A DNA stretch of 64,000 bases, taken from the NCBI GenBank assembly GCA_951406725.2, contig OX597815.1, positions 172,980,001 to 173,044,000 of the forward strand. The letters run 5' to 3'. Positions 55,274 through 64,000 of the stretch are shown here, one piece after another. Within the stretch, counting starts at the first letter, position 1, and every line of letters begins with the position of its first letter. The DNA is from Octopus vulgaris (Eukaryota). Below the pieces are notes generated by a model, which did no database searches, was not told the DNA's origin, and saw only the letters and a program-made list of their open reading frames with translations. A program made the position numbers and the translations under genes.

Positions 55274-56076
55274 GGTACTATTTAAGAAGAGTGGTCCCGG
55301 TGCGCACACTCGCGCTAGCTAGTCGTGATTAGTCGACCCTACGACTACCTAGCGCGAGTGCGCGTATGCAAATTAATAGATTGCTCTTAAAACGTCGTTT
55401 TACGTTCTTCTAATAACTTTCAATCGAATTTGTATGAACATTTGTTATAGGATCGACAAAATTTTCGGAATGGTTCACCTTGAAATGGATGCATTTTGGT
55501 GTCACATTTATTTCAGTAATCACATTGTACGCACTCCAAATTTATTTACGTTGTTTAGAAAAAAAATTTATTTAGTTTACTCTTTTACTTGTTTCAATCA
55601 TTTGACTGTGGCCATGCTAGAGCACCGCCTTTAGTCGAGCAAATCGACCCCAGGACTTATTCTTTGTAAGCCAAGTACTTATTCTATCGATGTCTTTTGC
55701 CGAACCGATAAGTTACGGGGACGTAAACACACCAGCATCGGTTGTCAAGCGATGTTTGGGGGGGGGGGACAAACACAGACACACACACACATGCATCTAT
55801 ATATACATATATACGACGGGCTTCACAAGGCTTTGGTCGGTCCGAAGCTATAGTAGAAGACACTTGCCCTAGGTGTCACGCAGTGGGAATGAACCCAGAA
55901 TCATGTGGTTCGTAAGTTTGTTTAGAAAAAATAATTTATTTACTATGTTTAAAAAAATTAATCTTTTAATTTGCATACGCGCACTCGCCCTAAGTAGTCG
56001 TAGGATCGACTAGTCACGACTACCTAGCGCGGATGCGCGAGTGTGCGCACCGGCACCACTCTTCTTAACTAGTACC
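55274..56076. mobile_element. MITE with about 100-bp CpG-rich TIRs (GGTACTA...), containing a SINE
   Basis: Inverted 55274-55376 vs about 55967-56076; GAAAT directly duplicated on both sides. Confidence 0.8.
55577..55915 (-). mobile_element. SINE family A inside a MITE
   Basis: Reverse complement of family A. Confidence 0.9.
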
Positions 56077-56079
56077 GAA

Positions 56080-57022
56080 ATTTATTGTGGAGTGCCTCGT
56101 GTTAGTGGAAGTTATTCCCGTTCAGTTGACAGAGTAACTTGGAGATGAACTGTTTGCCGCAAAACTATCAGCATACGGAAAGGCTCGTTTTTTTTTAATT
56201 TGGCAAATAATAGCTTTTACTCATTTATGGTGTATCAGTATTGGAAGAGGTCTTGGTAGTGAAGCGATAATGGTGCAATGTGAGATAACTTTATCCACAA
56301 CATAGGCGCAGGAGTGGCTGTGTGGTAAGTAGCTTGTTTACCAACCACATGGTTCCGGGTTCAGTCCCACTGCGTGGCACCTTGGGCAAGTGTCTTCTAC
56401 TATAGTCTCGGGCCGACCAAAGCCTTGTGAGTGGATTTGGTAGACGGAAACTGAAATAAGCCCGTCGTATATATATATGCGTGTGTGTGTTTGTCCCCCT
56501 AGCATTGCTTGACAACCGATGCTGGTGTGTTTATGTCCCCCTTATTTAGCGGTTCGGCAAAAGACACCGATAGAATAAGTACTGGGCTTACAAAAGAATA
56601 AGTTCCGGGGTCGAGTTGCTCGATTAAAGGCGGTGCTCCAGCATGGCCGCAGTCAAATGACTGAAACAAGTAAAAGAGTAAAGAGAGAGACTGGAATCAG
56701 TTCTGCCGTGATGTTTGTGTAGCACATTTTCTACAACATCCAGGAAAAATAGGTGGTACACGGGTTATTGTAGATATTTGACGAAACACTAATGCAAAAG
56801 CAAAAATATAATGTTGGCCGCTGCATTGAACATCAGTGAGTATTTGAAGGATACTCCCCCTCACAAAAACCTGGATATTTAGTACCAGTTGGAGACCGAA
56901 CTGCTCAAACATTGCTCCCAATTATTAATGAATTCGTATTGCCAGGTAGCATTATTTATTCAGATAAATGGAAAGCATATCAAAGTTTGTCACAAAATAC
57001 ATCATGTAAACATTTGACGGTA
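56080..57022 (+). pseudogene. Merlin transposase remnant (DDE_Tnp_IS1595-like), split by a SINE
   Basis: TISIRKGSFF (about 56165); DWNQFCRDVC...GKIGGTRVIVDI/DET (56689-56790); DRTAQTLLPIINEFVLPGSIIYSDKWKAYQSL...HLTV (56894-57022); frameshifted. Confidence 0.85.
56303..56685 (+). mobile_element. SINE family A inserted in the Merlin transposase
   Basis: Near-consensus full-length copy. Confidence 0.9.
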
Positions 57023-58386
57023 GAGGTGCGCTTCTAAAGAAGCGCCGAATTACTTAATATCGTGTTTGCTTCTATGAAAATCGTTTACCTTTAAAGCGAA
57101 AAAACAAAACCGACACATACAACAAGTATGTAAAACATGTTTCACTTGTTTCAGCCCTTCAATTTCAGTGAGCCGTAAGATTGTTCCGCACGTGTACCTT
57201 TTTTTACTGGGTGGCGAGGGGTATGTGGATTAATTTTTGAAGTTTTTCCTTTAAAATCTGAAACTAATTAATTTTTTGTTTGCCATATCTCCGTATTTTT
57301 CCACGTAGACTAAAAAAAAATTCGAAAAAAAGTTTAAAAATTGGTGGGAATCTCCGTCATCGAAAACCTAGGAGCCCGCTGAAAAGAAAAAATTTCCAAA
57401 AGCTCGGTTTTTGTGGTGAGGTGACTGTCGTCTAGCTCCACCGTCAAATGAAGTCCTCACCAGAAAACTAGTTATGCTAAAAATAACAGCTAAAGGTCTG
57501 GTACAGAGAAATATGCTGATTTTTTTTCCCCATATTAAGTAAATTCCCAGGTAAAGGTAGAAGACACCAGAAGCAAAAATAAGGAATATACACGAGCAGC
57601 TAAATATAGAAGCGTAAAGTATAATTTGTTAGATAATCTCTACAATAAACATGATATTGAATGAAATAATTCCCCATTTGAACTTTTTTAAATTACTTGT
57701 GTGTGCTAATCTATGGATGCACAAACGCATAAAAACGGGAAAATGAAACAAATATGGACTTGTTCCGAAACGGTGCCGAGTGGAACGGTTCTCAAAAAAT
57801 GACTCCAAATTGATTTCCTCCAAAATTCCTATGTCCTTAAAATTGGCGTAGCCCAAGGTATATTTGTATAGAATTTCATTAAAAAGTATCCATTTTCTTG
57901 AAAGTTAAGACGAATTGAAGTGGACTGCGGTGAATTTTCCGAAATTCCCCACCCTTTCCCCAAAAAGATTTTGTATATTTAGAATCTACATGATATAACA
58001 CATATTCGTAGAAAATTTCATTAAAAAATATCCATCTTCCTGAAAGTTATGATCATCCAAATTCGGCAGGGGGCAGAAATCTGTAATTATGCCAAGAGTA
58101 CTAGGTACGGATTAAATGGAATGAGTTCAACACAAAACACTATAAATGGGTTTACCCATGATAAAATTGTAAATAATTCAAATTTAATCAAGTCATCATT
58201 TCTTATGTATAAATACAAATGCACAAACGATAAGTGATAGATGCTAGTTATAGCCTCCTTGAACTTTTTCCGGCTTTATAATGTATTCATCATCTACTGA
58301 TACCGAAATTTAATGATAAGAGTGTCTTCATAACAAACCTTGATACAAGTAGAAAATTACATAGTTATTAATTACATAGTACTCAC

Positions 58387-58770
58387 TTGTTTTTGCGTTC
58401 TTTTTTGGTTTCCCTAGTTTTGGATTTTTGATTTAACACAGGCGTTTCTACAGATGCTTTTTCTACGGGTGTTTCTACAAGTGTTTCTGTCTTAGTTTCC
58501 GGTTCATGCGACTCGTTTAATGCATCTTTCTTTTTATGTTTAAATTTTTTCAAAATCTTCTTATCTCCTGCACGATCCAAGACGAACAATGACATAGAAC
58601 AGTTCGTTTGACTATTGCTGTCTTGTATAATTTCAGTATATTGGTTGGAGACATCTTTGGACTCCTGAGTTAAATCAATAACATTTTCCTCATGTTTCGG
58701 TGAAGAAATGTTTCCAGCAATTAAGTCCACGTCTTCCATTTCCTCACTTATCTTTCTGCCTCTTTTCGCT
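58387..58770 (-). CDS. DNTTIP2: DNTTIP2/Fcf2-family protein, most 5' recognisable coding exon (AKRGRKISEEMEDVDL...RETKKERKN)
   Basis: Open, acidic/Lys-rich frame containing LFVLDRAGD. Donor GTGAGT at 58386-58381 (phase 2) matches the next exon. Acceptor-like TTTTATAAG ends at 58771; first in-frame ATG at 58739. True start uncertain. Confidence 0.75.
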
Positions 58771-59422
58771 CTTATAAAAGTTATAATATCTATTAGAATG
58801 TTATATAGCTTTCACGAAATGATCAGGTTCATGTTTTGCTAAGAAACACATGTACTAGACTATATAGATCTCCTTGAATGAAAACTTCAAGGGTAGATAA
58901 CTCTGAATAACATCTGATTTTAAGGCCAACTCCAAATGAGCTAAACTGACAGGCTACTCTGTTCTCTGTTGTCACTCTTCTTGAACTGCTCACATTTTTG
59001 TCTTGTTTTGTTTGAAACAATTCAAATTTTAACACTTTTTTTTCCTTCACCTGGTACATCACTGCTTTCTCATTTATCTCCGACCGCTGACTCCTCACAC
59101 CATTCTTTCAACTTAGTCCCTTGCTCTGTTACTTATTCTCTCTCTCTTCTCTCTCTCATTTCCTTTAGTTAATTTAATTTTATTTTTATTAATGTAGATT
59201 ATTAAGGCGGCAAACTGGCAGAGGGATTCTAGTTCCTCGTCATCATCATCATCATCATTTAGCGTCCGCTTTCCATGCTAGCATGGGTTGGACGGTTCAA
59301 CTGGGGTCTGGGAAGCCAGAAGGTTGCACCAGGCCCAGTCTGATCTGGCAGTGTTTCTACAGCTGGATGCCCTTCCTAACGCCAACCACTCCGTGAGTGT
59401 AGTGGGTGCTTTTTACGTGCTC

Positions 59423-59463
<41 letters not shown>

Positions 59464-59464
59464 A

Positions 59465-60090
59465 GTTAAGTTAATTTTTTGGCTCAAAAAGCAAAAAGCA
59501 AGGCCATGTAGGGGGACATGGAGTTACGTACAGGGTGATGTTCATGCAAAGAGTTCAGGCCATTTCTGGTCAAGAGAGACTTTGAACTGAGCGGTCGTTG
59601 GCATCTTCACTATCTCGTCCGGCAGCTTATTCCACGGATCCGCAGCCCAGATGGAGAAAGCCCCTCTCCTTCGATTGAGATGAAATCGTCGCAGATAGAG
59701 CTTTTCGGAGTGACCCGCAGCCGATGCAATGGAGCAGGAGTGAAGAACAGCTCTTTCGAGAGGTTACACTTTCCGCTTATGATATTGTGAGCAAGAATGA
59801 GATCACCACGGCAGTAGCGTTTTTCTAGAGAATAAAGGTCGAGTGTCTTCAGCCTTTCTTCATAAGACAAATGCTTGAGACCAAGAACCATGTGGGTAGC
59901 CAGCTTCTGGACTCTTTCAGGATGATGTATGTCTTTGAGGAGATTAGGAGAAGAGGCTTGAATCCCGTACTCCAATATGGGTCTCACCAGCGTGACATAG
60001 AGCGGTAGGAATATGGCTGCTGTGAGTATTCTGAATGACCGTCGAATCAAAAACAGAACTCTGCGTGCTTTGTTGGCAGCATGGACGCAA
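59465..60090 (-). mobile_element. CR1-type LINE 3' fragment
   Basis: LYVTLVRPILEYG...ERVQKLAT...LSYEERLKTLDLYSLEKR...RGDLI, the post-RT C-terminus of CR1-group LINEs. Confidence 0.9.
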
Positions 60091-60348
60091 CAGTATATGT
60101 GTGTGTGTGTGTATATATATATGTGTGTGTGTGTATATATACATATATAAGTATATATAGTGGTAATACAAACTAAATTTTTCAAAACCATGATTATTTT
60201 TAATTTCTGCTCAATCATTGGTGGTATGCACATATTAGACACAATGAAGATTATTTTTTGTAGGGTCTCGTTGGAAAAACTGCGTCCAGTAGCTATCAGT
60301 ATTTTGTTGAGTGTTGTGTTTTTCGCAGCATGTTATGAAAGCCCTAAC

Positions 60349-62040
60349 ATGCCGCCCAAATGCGCTACAGGTTTCTGGCAGTGAACGTAAGTGCCAGACA
60401 AAGGTTATGATACCCCATGAGAAGACACAACTTTTGGATATGTTCCAAGAAGGTAAAAGTTATGCTGCAGTAGGTCGCTATTGTGTTATCAACAAAAGCA
60501 CCGAACATTACATAAAGAAGAATGAAGTGGCAAGCAGGACTAGCAGTATGTTTCTGTGAAAGTGCCATAAAGATAAGGATAGTGAGAAATAACCACCTCG
60601 TCAGGATGGAATTTGCCTTGGCATTGTGGATCAGTGACTGCTAGAAGAAAAAACATCCCCTTGAGTGGTAACATCATCTGCAAGAAAGCGCAGAAATTAT
60701 ACCAGCAGTTCAACAAAGGAGACGGAGCAGAAGGCACTAAAGAACCACAACCAAGATCATTGACAATACCAGAACCCAAAGATTTTCAAACCAGCAAGGG
60801 ATGGTCTGACCGCTTACAGAAACGGTTTAAAATAATGTGTGTTTCCCTGCATGGAGAGACAGCATCAGCCAACAAAAAAGCTGCTGAGAACTACCTCAAG
60901 ACATTCAGGTAGATCAGTGGAGGATAAGGGATACAAGCTGGAACAGGTTTTCAGTATGGAGACCAGTTTGTTCTGGAAGAAGGTGCCTTCCTGAATGTAC
61001 ATCATGAAGGACTAAACCAGAGCCTCAGCATTTAAGGCACAGAAGGACAGAGTGATGCTGGCTTCATGAAGCCAGGACATATCTACATGTCTGTGAATCC
61101 AAGGGCCTTCAAAAATAAGAATAAAAACTTGCTGCCTATCCACTGGATGCACAACCCCAAGGCTTGGATTACCAAAGGGTCTAACTTTGAATTGGTTCCA
61201 CCAATGCTTCATCCCTCATGCCAAGGAATACCTCCAAAATGTTTGCATGGAATTCAAGATGTTGCTTGCTATGGATAATGCTGGTGGTCACTTTTTGGAT
61301 TTGAATCACAAGGGAGTTCAAGTCAAGTTCCTCCCTGTCAACACCACCTCCCTCATCTAGCCTATGGATCAAGGCATCATCTATACCTTCAAAACATTTT
61401 ATACTCAGAACTCTCTCTAACACCTTGTGGATGCAATGGATTTGGACGAGAATTTCAATTTAAAGGAGTACTGATATAACTTCACAATTGCAACATGCCT
61501 GTTGGTCATCCATGCTGCTCTTTAAAGACATGAAAAAAGAAATCCTCATCACATGTTGGGAGAAGGTGTGGCCTTCTCACCTGAAGATATTCAGCACAAG
61601 ACTTTCAATAATGTGCCAAAACTGGCAAAGGTTTTGTCATCACACAAGATGAGGTCAGTGACCTCATCGATGCCCACTTGGAACCCTGATAGACGAAGAT
61701 TTGTTGGAGTTAACAAAGTCTGCCAGCTAAGAGGAGGAGAATGCACCAGATCTAGAGGCAGAGAAGGATGAAGTGTGCCTGGCAATCAGACATATCTCTG
61801 ATCTTTTAAGAACAGCAAAGGAATTGCAAGGGAAGGTGGAAGCATGGGATCCCTATATGGTTTGGTCTCTCCAGTTTAAAAATGCTACTGATGCTGCCAT
61901 GCAGACATAAAACTCTCCTCACCACCATGAAGAAACAACAACTGCAACTTCCTATCATAATGTCCCTGAAGCCCACCAAGAAGGCCTTGCATGAAGATAT
62001 GACAACACCTGAAAAAGAGGCATCATCTGAAGAGCTTTAA
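60349..62040 (+). pseudogene. Tigger/pogo (CENP-B-like) transposase remnant
   Basis: MPPK start; LLDMFQEGKSYAAVGR (HTH); FQTSKGWSDRLQKRF; MDNAGGH; PVNTTSLIxPMDQGII; many stops and frameshifts. Confidence 0.9.
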
Positions 62041-62689
62041 ATCTTCTTTGCTACAGAGTCATTACCTTCATTATTTTCATCATCATCGTCTTAAATAAAT
62101 ATCATTCATTATTGATGAGTCACAGTACCTTTTACTTTATTTTTTATTAAATTATTATTATCTATACATATAAATTTGACATGGGCGATTCTTTCTTGGG
62201 ATTCACGATCAAATGGCTGGGTGAAATTGTACGAAAAATTACACAGATGTGTAGAATAATCTGGTGGTGATGCTAGGCTTTGTATTTTTTGCATAGCTCC
62301 CATGGTTACTGAGATAATCTACTATAATAATACTCTTGTGTTTATGAATGAGAAAAGAAAGAGTGATAGAGGAATAAGGAATGAAGGGGTAGTGGGATGA
62401 TGAAAATTGTACTCTAAAAAAATAAATCAAACAGCGTTTCAATTCTGTGAATATATATGTGTGTATGTAAAAGTGGGATGTGAATGTGTGTGTGTGTGTG
62501 TGTGCGCATGTGCAGTGGAAGTGGGATGGTTTATCTTTGTTTGCTTAGTATTTGGGTTTATTTTTTGATTTCATTGAATCTTGGTTGGTTTTTTTTTTTT
62601 TTTGGTGGTCAGTTATTTTTAATGTTTTGACAGAAAAAGTCATTCTAAAATTGTTTTTTAATGTAAGCGTGCCCAAACAAGTTGAATGC

Positions 62690-63250
62690 TTACACGAACC
62701 TTAGCAAAGGCATGAGTAAAAGCAGCAGCAAAGTACAAAGAAAAGAGAGTTGGGGCAAGGATGTCACCCTGCTTGACACCATTCTCTACAGGAATGGGTC
62801 CCTCCATGGCACCACCAACGTGACCCAAGCCTCCATCCCATCATGAAATGATTTAACTATAGATACAAAGCGATCCGGACATCCAAGTTTGCCAAGTATT
62901 TTCCATAGAAAGGCCCTATTTACAGTATCAAAGGCCTTTGTTAATGAATACCTGGACAAGATCCATATTCTGCTCATAGCACTTCTCCTGCATCTGTCTT
63001 GCTGTGAAAATCATATCCATTGTCCCTCTACCAGATCGGAAGCCACATTGAGATTCAGAAAGGACATCATTTACGAGACACCCATTCAGATGGGTAAGAA
63101 GAATATTTGCCAGAACCTTGCCAGCAGCTGATAGTAGAGAAATACCTCTGTAGTTACCACACGTTGTTCTGGCTCCTTTTCCTTTATATAGAGGAAGAAT
63201 AATTGCATCCTTCCAGTCCTTAGGGATTGCACCATCCCTCCAGACTGCAC
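62690..63250 (-). mobile_element. RTE (BovB-like) LINE reverse transcriptase fragment
   Basis: DWKDAIILPLYKGKG...GNYRGISLLS, ESQCGFRSGRGTMDMIF, LTKAFDTVNR, GVKQGDILAPTLFSLYF. Confidence 0.9.
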
Positions 63251-63857
63251 TAATAATTATATGTGGTAAGTAATAATTAAAATCAAACTAAAGTATAATA
63301 TAATCGTAACATAACAAAAGTAAAAATAGCAATTGGTATAAAATTGCATCAATGACTTGAACTTGAATAAGTGGTTTCACATGAATGGGAATAAATTAAA
63401 AATAAAATTAGTGTGCAGAAATGGAATAGTCCAGATGGAGGTGTGCACATACCGTTTACTATGGCTTTTACATTAGATTATCTGCTAATTAGCTAGCATT
63501 AAGTATCTATATGAAGTTCGGCTGTATGTAATGTCTGTTTTCTCAAACAGCCGCTTCTACTGAGTACTGCTGTTGGTGTATTTCTTATACATAAAGGACT
63601 ATAGCTTCAACTGCGTACTGCTTTTTGATTCACCGTAAGGTTTGTTGTTATTATTATTACTGTTTAACTATTGTTATCACCTTTGTTGGTTCCTCGTAAG
63701 GGAAACGTTGTTGTGTTGCATTTGTTAAATAATTGTAAACTGTAACCCTCCCCATTTGGGAGAAGGAGCTTTGGTTATTGTTTAAAAATTGAATTGTGTC
63801 CCTGTTTGGGGAAATTGACAATATTTTCACCGTTTACACGGAAGCATTTTTGTTACA

Positions 63858-64000
63858 ATGCCTTCGATAGAAGAAAGTCCAAAAATGAATTTTGCTGCAG
63901 CTGTCGGCGGGTGCAAACTCATTAAAATTAAAATGGAAGAAACACAAACCTATTTCGGATTGGTCATCGACAAAGACGGTGAATCTAGGATAACATCACC
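63858..64000 (+). mobile_element. possible ORF1 start of an L1/Tx1-type LINE (runs off the window)
   Basis: Open frame MPSIEESPKMNFAAAVGGCKLIKIK... with an ORF1-like [S/N]FAAAV motif, preceded by a T/G-rich UTR-like segment from about 63520. Confidence 0.4.

Larger units (their letters stand above)
53108..58093 (+). mobile_element. Merlin (IS1016/IS1595-like) DNA transposon with long TIRs and nested insertions
   Basis: Termini GGCATAAyTACAGATTTCTGCCCCC inverted at 53108 and 58093; extended imperfect inverted homology; internal Merlin transposase remnants. Confidence 0.75.

Noticed and set aside
58829-59098. ORF as an upstream DNTTIP2 exon
   Set aside because: No ATG start, no convincing phase-2 donor, no family similarity.
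60349-62040. Domesticated TIGD/CENP-B gene
   Set aside because: Multiple stops and frameshifts.

Overview
AT-rich, repeat-saturated animal genomic DNA. It is most probably a coleoid cephalopod (Octopus-like), inferred from the SINE families, RTE 3' tails ending in (GAT)n and extreme microsatellite load. Most listed ORFs are microsatellite or TE artefacts. One host gene is well supported: a minus-strand DNTTIP2/Fcf2-family pre-rRNA processing gene with six phase-compatible GT-AG exons (about 58.77 to 39.23 kb). A CpG-enriched promoter-like patch with an RFX X-box and CRE sites at about 38.0 kb may drive a second, unidentified gene. The rest is transposon-derived: SINEs, RTE, CR1/L2-type, R4/Dong-type and L1/Tx1-type LINE pieces, piggyBac MITEs, mariner and Tigger remnants, and a nested Merlin complex. 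The most notable feature is a set of short non-coding insertions, unrelated in sequence and mostly fold-back, carrying type I hammerhead ribozyme motifs (Penelope-like/retrozyme-like). One 181-bp near-perfect inverted repeat encodes an intact hammerhead on each strand.
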